DNA of 15,896 bases from Nitrosomonas europaea (GCF_900167395.1 NZ_FUWK01000050.1:1-15896), one strand, 5' to 3'. Counted from the stretch's first letter, positions 1 through 8,127 are shown. Numbers and translations are program-made. Notes: generated by a model from the sequence alone, not told the origin.

Positions 1-327
1 CATGCTTTCTTGCATATCTTCGACCGTGTCTGCCTGGAAAATGGTACGGAACATCGCCTGACCCAGCCAAATCACCCCTGGACCAATGGTCAAGTCGAAC
101 GCATGAACCGCACCCTCAAGGAAGCAACCGTCAAACGCTATCATTATGAAAATCATCAACAGTTGCGAGAGCATCTTTACAGCTTCCTGAATGCCTACAA
201 CTTCGCCAGGCGACTCAAAACCTTACGAGGACTCACACCTTACGAATACATCATCAAATGCTGGCAAAACGAACCTGAACGTTTTATCATCAATCCATAC
301 CATCACAAAGTGGGACTAAACAGCTAG
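1..327 (+). CDS. DDE (rve/integrase-core) transposase, C-terminal fragment, IS481-family-like; 5' end is off-window
   Basis: The translation ...LTQPNHPWTNGQVERMNRTLKEATVKRYHYENHQQLREHLYSFLNAYNFARRLKTLRGLTPYEYI carries the catalytic-E signature of retroviral-integrase-type transposases (NGxVER followed by a basic residue about 7 residues later). It also has the characteristic YN-RPH/RLKTL-G-TP tail. The listed TTG start at 10 is an artefact, because the frame is open back to base 1. Confidence 0.8.
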   Translation, partial: HAFLHIFDRVCLENGTEHRLTQPNHPWTNGQVERMNRTLKEATVKRYHYENHQQLREHLYSFLNAYNFARRLKTLRGLTPYEYIIKCWQNEPERFIINPYHHKVGLNS

Positions 328-340
328 TCACTACTATAGG
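1..340 (+). mobile_element. Partial IS481-family insertion sequence (right-hand end only; the rest lies upstream of the window)
   Basis: The transposase reading frame is open from base 1 and stops at 325-327. The receptor reading frame only becomes open at 320 and reads as receptor-like beta-strand sequence from about 340 (YGINARWEVNDVVTLRATWHE). The IS/host junction therefore lies roughly between 328 and 345. The terminal inverted repeat and target duplication cannot be defined without the other end. Confidence 0.65.
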
Positions 341-1627
341 AATAACCGATATGGTATTAACGCTCGCTGGGAAGTCAATGACGTCGTGACGTTGCGCGCC
401 ACCTGGCATGAGAACCGTGGCATACGTGGTGGAGAATTAACGTTCAATTCCGTGCAAGCGGATGGTACGATTACGCAATTCATTCAGGATGTTTACGCGC
501 CGGATGTTAGCAGGCTTCGCAGTAAGGACAACGGCTCAGCTGGCTTTGCATTTGCCGATTTTAGCTTTAACACAGGCAGCATTACCCACAAGTTGACGAC
601 TGGGGTGCGATACTTCAAGGAAGAGAATTTGCAGCCTCAATTTCGCTCGTCCAATACCACCATGTACAGCGGGCGATTATTTGAAGACGGACCACTTTAT
701 CTTCCCAAGCCGGACATAGCACCCATGGATCGCGGGCCTGTGATTCCATTTTATGGCAATAATTATGGCAGATCTGTGATCATAGGCGATGACATCACCT
801 TCAATCCACGTTGGTCGCTTCTGGTGGGTCTTGCTCACACCCAGATTGAATCAAAAGCTACTGTTATCTATCCCACTAGGGCGTATAGCGAGTCAGCACT
901 GACGCCGACTGTATCGCTGATCTATAAACCAATATCTGCACTTACCACTTATGCCAGCTATATGGAATCACTGGAATCGGGTGGTGGCGCTGCTAATGAG
1001 TTCAATGGGGTACCGGTGGTCAATGCCGGCGAAACTATGGCACCGTTGGTCAGCAGGCAATATGAGATCGGGGCTAAGTGGTCGATTGGCGGCATGTTGT
1101 TGACTACTGCTTTATTTCAGATCGACAAGGGGTTGCAATATTATGACCTTACTGCTCCTACTGAGCCCCGCTATGTGCAGGATGGTCGCCAGGTACATCG
1201 TGGCATCGAGTTCAGTGCCTTTGGTAAAGTTACAAATTATCTGACATTGATCGGTGGCTTCACCTGGTTCGATACCGAAGTGACTAAGCAGAAGCAGATG
1301 CCAGCACTTAAGGGTAAGCGCCCTATGCAAGTTCCGGAGAAAGTGGTTAAGCTGCGTGCCGAATATCGCTTGCCACCATTGCCAGCGCTGACCCTGATTG
1401 GTGGGGTCAACTACACTGGTGACAGCTATGGCGATGCTATGAATACCGACCACTTGCCTGGCTATACACTGCTGGATGCGGGTTTGCGTTATGAGATGGA
1501 AACAGCTGGGAAGCCTTTGACCTTACGGCTGGATGTGAACAATCTCACCAACAAACGCTACTGGGTCAACGCCGGCTATCTGGGTGCTCCACGCACCGTC
1601 TTATTCTCGGCCAGTCTGAGATTTTGA
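341..1627 (+). pseudogene. TonB-dependent outer-membrane receptor (siderophore-receptor type), 3' portion only; plug domain and first barrel strands are missing
   Basis: About 425 residues show the alternating beta-strand pattern of TonB-dependent receptors: TPTVSLIYKP, QYEIGAKW, ALFQIDK, HRGIEFSAFGKV, LDVNNLTNKRYW. The terminal aromatic beta-signal ...TVLFSASLRF is followed by a stop. Full-length members have about 700-800 residues. There is no signal peptide, TonB box or plug here, and the frame begins directly at the IS junction. Confidence 0.8.
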
Positions 1628-1679
1628 GGCGTGGAGGAGCACATATTTTGAGGTTAAAGGTGTTTTATAAGCTGATGCC

Positions 1680-1689
1680 AGCTATAGCT
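1680..1689. promoter_or_regulatory. Perfect 10-bp palindrome AGCTATAGCT upstream of the antitoxin remnant; candidate toxin-antitoxin operator or -10 region
   Basis: The palindrome is read directly from the sequence and ends 27 nt before the ATG at 1716. Type II antitoxins commonly autoregulate through palindromes that overlap their promoter. The function here is purely inferred. Confidence 0.25.
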
Positions 1690-1715
1690 AGTCTGTCTCT
1701 TTGAGGAAATTTTAT

Positions 1716-1884
1716 ATGAAAGAGATCGGAGCATTTGAAGCCAAGAACAAATTTGGTACGCTGTTGGACTGGATTAAAAGTGGCGAGTAAGTCGTTTATT
1801 ACACGGTATGGTAAAGCGGTCGCGCGTTTGGTTCCGGTCCAGGAAACGCTTGATCGTACTAAAGTACGCTGGGCAGCCATTAAA
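1716..1884 (+). pseudogene. Phd/YefM-family type II antitoxin, degraded (in-frame stop, +1 frameshift, 3' truncation, no cognate toxin gene)
   Basis: An ATG at 1716 follows GAGGAA (1703-1708) and encodes MKEIGAFEAKNKFGTLLDWIKSGE, then TAA at 1788-1790. The family-typical continuation VV / ITRYGKAVARLVPVQETLDRTKVRWAAIK resumes in the +1 frame after an extra T in the T-run at 1795-1797. The open frame then runs by chance into the antisense of the prfC 3' end (prfC stop at 1885-1887). Confidence 0.65.
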
Positions 1885-3492
1885 TCAGCCGGCTGTCTGG
1901 AACATCAGGCCGGCATGTTCCCGCATTTTATGGAAGCGGATGCCCGGCCAGTTTTCTTCGGCTACGCTGATTTCGGCGGAAAATGAAGCCAGAAAAGTAG
2001 GCGCATTCACCGCATCGTAGGCGATACGGTGAGCATTGGCATCGATGAAACGCTGCAGTTCCTGAGGCGTTTCGGCAGTCACCCATCGTGCCAGTTGATA
2101 TTTAGCCGGAGCAATGCGTGCCTCGACACCGTATTCATGTTTGAGACGGTGGGTGACGACTTCAAACTGCAATACACCGACCGCACCCAGCAGCAGCATG
2201 CTGCCGATATGTGGGCGAAATACCTGTATGGCACCTTCCTCACCTAACTGCGCCAACCCCAGTTTGAGCTGCTTGCTGCGTAACGGATCAGCGATTTCGA
2301 CCGTTTGAAAAATCTCCGGTGCAAAAAAAGGCAGTCCGGTAAATTGCAGGTGATCTCCCTCGGTCAGGGTATCGGCCAGTTGCAGTGTTCCATGGTTGGG
2401 GATGCCGATGATATCGCCCGCATAGGCTGTTTCCAGCAGTTCACGTCGTTGTGAAAGAAAGGAAACGACCGTGCTGGTACGCACATCCTTGCCGCTGCGA
2501 ACCACCTTGAGATTCATTCCACGCCTGAATTCACCCGAACAAATCCGCACGAAGGCGATGCGATCCCGGTGGGCGGGGTTCATATTGGCCTGAATCTTGA
2601 AAACCACACCGGAAAATTTCTTTTCGGCGGGCTGAATTTCGCGCTGGATGGCTTTGCGTGATCCTGGCGGTGGCGCCAGTTCAACCAGTGTATCGAGCAC
2701 TTCCTGTACGCCGAAATTATTGATGGCAGAGCCGAAAAATACTGGTGTCTGCTGCCCGGCAAGAAATGCTGTCTGATCGAATTCCGGTGCTGCGCCGGTA
2801 ATCAGCTCGATTTCCTGGCGGGCTTGTTCGAGATTTGCGCCGAAACGTTCTGAAATTGCCGGATCTTCCAGATTGGTAATGATGGCTGTCTCTTCCTGTT
2901 CGACACGATCCATGCCGGCGCGAAAGACACGCATCAGTTTGTGGCGCAGATCATATACGCCATGAAAACGCTTGCCCGAACCGACCGGCCAGGTGAACGG
3001 AATTACGTCCATGCCGAGTGTACGTTCGATTTCGTCGATCAGATCGAGTGGCTCGCGTACTTCCCGATCCAGTTTATTGACGAAGGTAATGATCGGGGTA
3101 TTGCGGGCGCGACATACCTGCAGCAGGCGCAAGGTTTGTGATTCCACACCGTTGGCTGCATCGATGACCATGAGCGCGGCATCGACGGCGGTCAGTACCC
3201 GGTAAGTATCTTCGGAAAAATCCTGGTGGCCGGGGGTATCCAGCAAATTGATCACACAATCGCGGTACTCCATTTGCATGACCGAGCTGGCAACGGAGAT
3301 ACCGCGCTGCTTTTCAATTTCCATCCAGTCGGAAGTGGCATGACGGCTGGCTTTACGTGCTTTGACACTCCCTGCAATATGAATGGCACCGGCAAACAGC
3401 AGCAGTTTTTCCGTGAGTGTGGTTTTACCGGCATCCGGGTGAGAAATAATGGCAAACGTCCGACGACGTTTAACTTCATGGTCGATCGTCAT
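1885..3492 (-). CDS. prfC: Peptide chain release factor 3 (RF3, translational GTPase)
   Basis: MTIDHEVKRRRTFAIISHPDAGKTTLTEKLLLF...DWMEIEKQRGISV...LLDTPGHQDFSEDTYR...FVNKLDR gives the G1 (AHPDAGKT), G3 (DTPGH) and G4 (NKLD) motifs and matches RF3 along its length (535 aa). I chose the start at M47 of the listed ORF (ATG at 3492-3490). It is preceded by AGGA at 7-nt spacing and overlaps the upstream stop as ATGA. Confidence 0.95.
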   Translation of the reverse strand: MTIDHEVKRRRTFAIISHPDAGKTTLTEKLLLFAGAIHIAGSVKARKASRHATSDWMEIEKQRGISVASSVMQMEYRDCVINLLDTPGHQDFSEDTYRVLTAVDAALMVIDAANGVESQTLRLLQVCRARNTPIITFVNKLDREVREPLDLIDEIERTLGMDVIPFTWPVGSGKRFHGVYDLRHKLMRVFRAGMDRVEQEETAIITNLEDPAISERFGANLEQARQEIELITGAAPEFDQTAFLAGQQTPVFFGSAINNFGVQEVLDTLVELAPPPGSRKAIQREIQPAEKKFSGVVFKIQANMNPAHRDRIAFVRICSGEFRRGMNLKVVRSGKDVRTSTVVSFLSQRRELLETAYAGDIIGIPNHGTLQLADTLTEGDHLQFTGLPFFAPEIFQTVEIADPLRSKQLKLGLAQLGEEGAIQVFRPHIGSMLLLGAVGVLQFEVVTHRLKHEYGVEARIAPAKYQLARWVTAETPQELQRFIDANAHRIAYDAVNAPTFLASFSAEISVAEENWPGIRFHKMREHAGLMFQTAG

Positions 3493-5570
3493 TGAAGATC
3501 CTGAGGCTCCTGAGAAACTGAATGATAAAGATGACAATAAGTAGTGTGGCTGGCGCTGAACCGGCTGACAGCCGGATAAACTTCCCGGCAGATTGGCATG
3601 ACGTGCGGACAGCGCGGATGAAAATGACAACCTGGCGGCACATTGGCAGGTGAAGGAGGCTCTCCCTGTAACCGGATGATCTCACGCTGGCTTCCGGGTT
3701 CATACGTCGGTACGGCGGACAACAATGCCTGAGTGTACGGATGTTTGGGATTATCCAGCACTTCTTCAGTACGCCCGCTTTCCACGATTCTCCCCAGATA
3801 CATGACCGCGACTTCATCCGCCAGATAATCCACGACGGCTATATTATGGGTGATCAGCAAATAGGCAAGTTTGTGCTCCTGTTGCAGTGTTTTCAGCAGA
3901 TTGAGTATCTGTGCCTGTACCGAAACATCCAGTGCACTGGTCGGTTCGTCGCAGATCAACAGTTGTGGATCAACCGCCAGTGCACGTGCGATAGCAATCC
4001 GCTGGCGCTGGCCGCCGGAAAACTCATGCGGGTAGCGCCATTTGGCTTCTGCCGGTAAACCTACCTGCATCAGCAAGGTATCGACATCGTGCTGATTTTT
4101 TTCACTGGCGGCGATTTTATCCGAATTCCGGCCAAGCGCCCGTATTCCTTCTTCGATGATTTCGACGATACGCATGCGCGGATTGAGCGACGAATAAGGG
4201 TCCTGAAAAATGATCTGGAATGCAGAGCGTTTTTGCAGCAGTTGTTTACGATCCAGATCGCGTAATTCCTTATCTTGCAGGCGAACACTTCCCGATGTCA
4301 CCGGGATGAGCTGCATGATTCCTTTGCCTACCGTGGTTTTGCCACAACCGGATTCTCCCACCAGTGCCAGCGTTCTGCCGCCGTCAATTTGCAGTGATAC
4401 GCCATCTACCGCTTTGACATGGCCTGCTACCCGTTTGAATAATCCTTTGTGCACCGGGAAATGTATTTTCAGATCATCCACACGTAAAAGTGGTTTGCTC
4501 TGAGTCGAATCAGAGGTATGGCTACTGAGCGGAAGATCATCCAGTGCGGATCGTGCTGTCCTGGATAACGATTGAAGCCGGGATTGAGGCGACCGTTCCG
4601 TGGAATCGTCCGAATAAAGATGGCAGCGGACATGATGCTGCGGTGCGGTTTCCACCCACGGTGGAATGATCTGATGACATTTTTCCCATGCCCGGTCACA
4701 GCGATCAGCAAAACGGCAACCGGTAAATACTTTTGAAAGAGCCGGAACATTCCCCGGGATGACAATCAGTCCCTGATCGCGTTTCTTTCTTGTCGGCAGT
4801 GCCGCAAACAGCTTGTGGGAATAAGGGTGGGCTGGTGATTGAAAAAAGCGTTCCCGATCCGCTGTTTCAATGATTTGGCCTGCGTACATCACAGCAACGC
4901 GATGTGCCATTTCTGCTACTACACCCAGATCATGGGTGATCAGAAGAACAGCCATGTTTTCCTGCTGCTGCAAGCCACGCATGAGATCGAGCACCTGGGC
5001 CTGAATCGTCACATCCAGTGCGGTCGTGGGTTCATCTGCGATGAGGAGTTCCGGTTTGCCTGCCAGTGCCATCGCGATCATGACACGCTGTTTCATGCCG
5101 CCTGAGAACTGGAACGGATACTCTGCCATGCGTCGGGCGGGATCAGGAATGCCTACTTGACGCATAAGTTCCAGAATGCGTATCTGTAACGCTGCACCAC
5201 GTAAACCGGAGTGCTGCAGTAAAACTTCTCCGATCTGTGCACCGGTGGTCATTACCGGATTCAGGCTGAGCATCGGTTCCTGAAAAATCATGCCGATACG
5301 ATTACCGCGTACTTTGCGCATGGCGGATTCCGGCAGGGTCAGCAGTTCATCTCCGTTCAACCGGACACTGCCATGCACGATTTCTCCGGCATCGGGCAGC
5401 AGGCGCATGATCGAAAGAGCCGTGATGGATTTTCCGCTGCCGGATTCCCCCAGCAGCGCAAATGTTTCGCCCGGATGGATGGCAAGTGACAGCCCGTCCA
5501 CAGCGCGTACCGGTTGCCGGCCGGTATGCAGCAGCACCCGGAGATCCGTTACTTCGAGCAGCGCTGTCAT
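3489..5570 (-). CDS. Fused double ABC ATPase of the peptide/opine/nickel (DppD-DppF, YejF-like) family
   Basis: There are two complete nucleotide-binding domains. The first has Walker A GESGSGKS, signature FSGGMKQR and Walker B LLIADEPTTALD. The second has GESGCGKTT, FSGGQRQR and LLICDEPTSALD. Each is followed by an oligopeptide-transporter C-terminal region with a four-Cys motif. An S/T/Q-rich linker of about 40 residues (roughly 4491-4613) joins the halves. Confidence 0.9.
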   Translation of the reverse strand: MTALLEVTDLRVLLHTGRQPVRAVDGLSLAIHPGETFALLGESGSGKSITALSIMRLLPDAGEIVHGSVRLNGDELLTLPESAMRKVRGNRIGMIFQEPMLSLNPVMTTGAQIGEVLLQHSGLRGAALQIRILELMRQVGIPDPARRMAEYPFQFSGGMKQRVMIAMALAGKPELLIADEPTTALDVTIQAQVLDLMRGLQQQENMAVLLITHDLGVVAEMAHRVAVMYAGQIIETADRERFFQSPAHPYSHKLFAALPTRKKRDQGLIVIPGNVPALSKVFTGCRFADRCDRAWEKCHQIIPPWVETAPQHHVRCHLYSDDSTERSPQSRLQSLSRTARSALDDLPLSSHTSDSTQSKPLLRVDDLKIHFPVHKGLFKRVAGHVKAVDGVSLQIDGGRTLALVGESGCGKTTVGKGIMQLIPVTSGSVRLQDKELRDLDRKQLLQKRSAFQIIFQDPYSSLNPRMRIVEIIEEGIRALGRNSDKIAASEKNQHDVDTLLMQVGLPAEAKWRYPHEFSGGQRQRIAIARALAVDPQLLICDEPTSALDVSVQAQILNLLKTLQQEHKLAYLLITHNIAVVDYLADEVAVMYLGRIVESGRTEEVLDNPKHPYTQALLSAVPTYEPGSQREIIRLQGEPPSPANVPPGCHFHPRCPHVMPICREVYPAVSRFSASHTTYCHLYHSVSQEPQDLQ

Positions 5571-7087
5571 GTACGGGAGGTGTTCTTGTCTGAAGGCAAT
5601 GTTCCGGTCGTTTCTGCCATGGCCTGTTCTTCAGTCTGATTGTTGAGCAATCTGTTTGGATCGCCAGCTAATGTCCGGTTGCGCGGGTCGAATGCGTTTT
5701 GTACCGCATCAGAAAAAAGATTGGCGCTCAGCACCAGGGCAAACATGAAGGTGAAGGCGGCAAACAATGTCCACCAGACCATGGGCTCACGCGCCATTTC
5801 CAGTCTGGAAGCATTGATCATCGTTCCAAAACTGATGGTCGAGGGATCCACTCCCACACCCACATAGGAAAGTACTGCCTCGGCTAGCACCAGGCTGCTG
5901 AAATCCATGACGGTGGTAATCAGGACGATATGGACGACGTTCGGTAAAATATGGCGGCTAAGAATACGCCAGTGAGACACACCGAACGCGTGTGCTGCCT
6001 GGATATATTCCATCTCGCGCAGTTTCAGGGTTTCTCCGCGCAGCAGTCTGCACAATCCCGTCCAGCTGGTAATGCCCAGGATGATGCAAAGAAACAGCAG
6101 GCGCAGATCGGCACGTGCGGCAGCAGTATCGAGCATGTCGGCATGCGTTTCGATATAGACCTGCATCATCAGTACCGCTGCGGCAATCAGCAATACACTG
6201 GGGATGGAGCTGAGCGTGGTGTAAATATACTGGATGACATCATCGATCCAGCCGCGAAAGTAGCCTGCGGCAATCCCCAGCAGCAGGGCGAACGGCAGCA
6301 TGATCAGTGTTGTCATCGTTCCGATGATAAGGCCGGTTCGAATACTTTTGAGGGACAAATACAATACATCCTGGCCGACCTTGTCTGTTCCCAGCACATG
6401 ATAGTGCATCGCCAGTGCCACGATTGCGCCACAGGCAGCCAGAATGATCGCGAGTGTCATCAGGATGGCACGCCAGGGTATTTCAGTTGCGCCACGCCAT
6501 ATCGCGGTTTGCATACGAACAAACGAAATCCGGTATTGTCGTGCTTTTACACCGCCCAAACCGGCGACCAGCCCGATCCAGATCAGCAATCCCGCGCCAG
6601 CGCCGGAAGCGGATCGCCATAAAATATCTTCTACCAGCTCCATTTCCGGGTATTGCAAATGTGCGCCACCATGCACCAGACGGGCAAAGTCTCTGATCTG
6701 ATTTCCGTCAGGCGTTGTGATCGTTTCTTTCGCGTAGAGATGAGCCGACAGTGGCGCGGAATAGGTTTTTTCCGTTTGCAAACGCAGCGGCGCGGCCAGC
6801 AGATCGAGCAGACTCAATACTTCTGCACTGTATAGCTGTTTTCCATCACTACTACGCACGGATTGTTCCAGAACCGGGCGAAAATGAACCGTATCGAGCA
6901 ATCCGATCAGAATGAAACATAGCAGGATGGTCAGTGCCGACATTCCACTGGCGCTATGTGTAACCTTGCGCCACGATGCCAGCACATACACATGTCGTCT
7001 GGCATAAATACCGAAAGCAATACCTGCCGCCAACAGCAGATAAATCAGTGCGTCTGTCCAGAGTATGACGGGATCGAAAGACATCAT
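5567..7087 (-). CDS. ABC transporter permease (DppC/OppC/YejE-type core) with an unusually long N-terminal membrane extension
   Basis: The core shows LGTDKVGQDVLYLSLKSIRTGL, the GTD-x-GRD motif of DppC/OppC permeases. The EAA loop reads EYIQAAHAFGVSHWRILSRHILPN. About 230 residues precede the core and contain roughly 4 predicted hydrophobic helices and a loop of about 90 residues. The start is uncertain: ATG at 7087 or 7084 (MMSFDP...), or the TTG at 7138 used by the ORF track. The stop overlaps the ATPase ATG as ATGA (5567-5570). Confidence 0.85.
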   Translation of the reverse strand: MMSFDPVILWTDALIYLLLAAGIAFGIYARRHVYVLASWRKVTHSASGMSALTILLCFILIGLLDTVHFRPVLEQSVRSSDGKQLYSAEVLSLLDLLAAPLRLQTEKTYSAPLSAHLYAKETITTPDGNQIRDFARLVHGGAHLQYPEMELVEDILWRSASGAGAGLLIWIGLVAGLGGVKARQYRISFVRMQTAIWRGATEIPWRAILMTLAIILAACGAIVALAMHYHVLGTDKVGQDVLYLSLKSIRTGLIIGTMTTLIMLPFALLLGIAAGYFRGWIDDVIQYIYTTLSSIPSVLLIAAAVLMMQVYIETHADMLDTAAARADLRLLFLCIILGITSWTGLCRLLRGETLKLREMEYIQAAHAFGVSHWRILSRHILPNVVHIVLITTVMDFSSLVLAEAVLSYVGVGVDPSTISFGTMINASRLEMAREPMVWWTLFAAFTFMFALVLSANLFSDAVQNAFDPRNRTLAGDPNRLLNNQTEEQAMAETTGTLPSDKNTSRT

Positions 7088-7288
7088 GGCTAGAATGAAA
7101 TTCAAACGGTAACAGGCGCTATTGTAGTGCAATAACAACCGGTGACATCAATCAGGATAGAAGGATGGGGTGACGTATCGCGGTTTTCAGTATTAAAGTC
7201 GACGATGATCAGGCCGTTTACCTGTAAACCCGTCGCCTGGTTGAATACGGTGTCAGCAGAAACGCTGGAAAAATATTCCGGTATTAAT

Positions 7289-7315
7289 TAAAGTTTTGCG
7301 ATCAGCGGCCGTTAG
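7289..7315 (+). promoter_or_regulatory. Sigma-28 (FliA) class-3 flagellar promoter for flgM-flgN
   Basis: TAAAGTTT (7289-7296), an 11-nt spacer tgcgatcagcg, then GCCGTTAG (7308-7315). Against the enterobacterial consensus TAAAGTTT-N11-GCCGATAA this is 8/8 in the -35 element, exact spacing and 6/8 in the -10 element. It ends 46 nt upstream of the flgM GTG. Confidence 0.6.
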
Positions 7316-7361
7316 ACGAGCGTACTATACACGGATGTTCATTTTAGAAGGAAATTCGATC

Positions 7362-7658
7362 GTGAAAATAAATCAGATACCCCCGGGACGCACAGAGACC
7401 GTTGCCGGTGGTTCGCAGAAAAAAATGGACAGAGCAAACAGCGCTAAACCGGGTGCAGTTGGCGAAAGCAATAACGTCCATATCAGCTCACTTTCAATGA
7501 GCATCCAGTCGCTGGATGCGAGCAGTGAAACGATGAATACTGCAAAGGTGGCTGAAATCAAACAGGCAATCAGTGAGGGCCGTTTCAAGGTCAATCCGGA
7601 AGTGGTTGCAGATCGCCTGCTGGAAACAGTGAAAGAATTGATTCAAAACAAACGATAG
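7362..7658 (+). CDS. flgM: Anti-sigma-28 factor FlgM
   Basis: This is a small (98 aa) S/N-rich protein, probably disordered. Its C-terminus TAKVAEIKQAISEGRFKVNPEVVADRLLETVKELI follows the FlgM sigma-28-binding pattern (kV..iK.aI..G.Y.vd...iAd.ll). I chose the GTG start at 7362 because AAGGA (7348-7352) lies 9 nt upstream. The TTG at 7296 in the ORF track lies inside the promoter. The ATG at 7335 is an alternative start. Confidence 0.8.
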   Translation: MKINQIPPGRTETVAGGSQKKMDRANSAKPGAVGESNNVHISSLSMSIQSLDASSETMNTAKVAEIKQAISEGRFKVNPEVVADRLLETVKELIQNKR

Positions 7659-7665
7659 ATCCAGA

Positions 7666-8127
7666 ATGAACAACATACAGACGAACACCCGGGATCAGGA
7701 TTCACTGGAATATATTCTCCAGCTTGAACTGGACAATATTCGTTTGTTTCTTGAGCTTCTCGAGCATGAGCGAAACCTGCTCGCTGCAGGAAATCTGGAT
7801 GATCTGGCTTTGCTGGTTGCTGACAAGGATCGGCTGATTGACCAGTTTGCACGGCTGGATATGCGCCGTAACCGCTTTCTGAATGCTGCCGGCTTGCCTG
7901 AAGGTACACAGGGAATGAATGCCTGGGTATCTGGCAGCGATGAAGAATCGACAGTTGCTCGCGACTGGGAAGAACTGCTTGGCCTCGCTGATCTGGCAAA
8001 ACAGCTCAATCAAACGAATGCAGTCATTACTTCCAGCTGGCTGCAATATACACGTCGAACATTGAACGCCCTGCATAGTGCTGCAGGACGCCCTCCGCTC
8101 TATAACACCAAAGGTCAAACGACCTGA
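7666..8127 (+). CDS. flgN: Flagellar export chaperone FlgN
   Basis: The gene starts 7 nt after flgM. The 153-aa helical protein has the FlgN pattern LEYILQLELDNIRLFLELLEHERNLLAAGNLDDLALLVADKDRLIDQFARLDMRR. Its position immediately downstream of flgM is the canonical gene order. Confidence 0.8.
   Translation: MNNIQTNTRDQDSLEYILQLELDNIRLFLELLEHERNLLAAGNLDDLALLVADKDRLIDQFARLDMRRNRFLNAAGLPEGTQGMNAWVSGSDEESTVARDWEELLGLADLAKQLNQTNAVITSSWLQYTRRTLNALHSAAGRPPLYNTKGQTT

Noticed and set aside
3493-3630. N-terminal extensions implied by ORF-track starts: prfC from 3630, flgM from 7296, rsmG from 10235, the Tim44-like gene from 13748, yicC from 13681 and the permease from 7138
   Set aside because: Family N-termini align with the internal starts, for example MTIDHEVKRRRTFAIISHPDAGKT for RF3 and MLASMTGYA for YicC. 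The extensions overlap upstream genes or promoter elements and lack Shine-Dalgarno sequences.
5951-6622. Long antisense ORFs: 5951-6622(+), 1112-1453(-), 7702-8145(-), 8284-8697(-), 9169-9693(-), 11209-11688(-), 11842-12222(-), 12780-13124(+), 13654-14118(-) and 14938-15423(-)
   Set aside because: Each lies wholly or mostly opposite a gene with strong family motifs. Their translations are compositionally odd (rich in R, C, Q or S), lack recognisable domains and lack ribosome-binding sites. They are shadow ORFs.
7139-7288. Possible 3' remnant of flgA upstream of flgM. One frame reads ...QAVYL*TRRLVEYGVSRNAGKIF, faintly like a FlgA C-terminal SAF-domain tail.
   Set aside because: The resemblance is weak, is interrupted by stops, and spans fewer than 40 codons. 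I cannot distinguish it from chance without an alignment.
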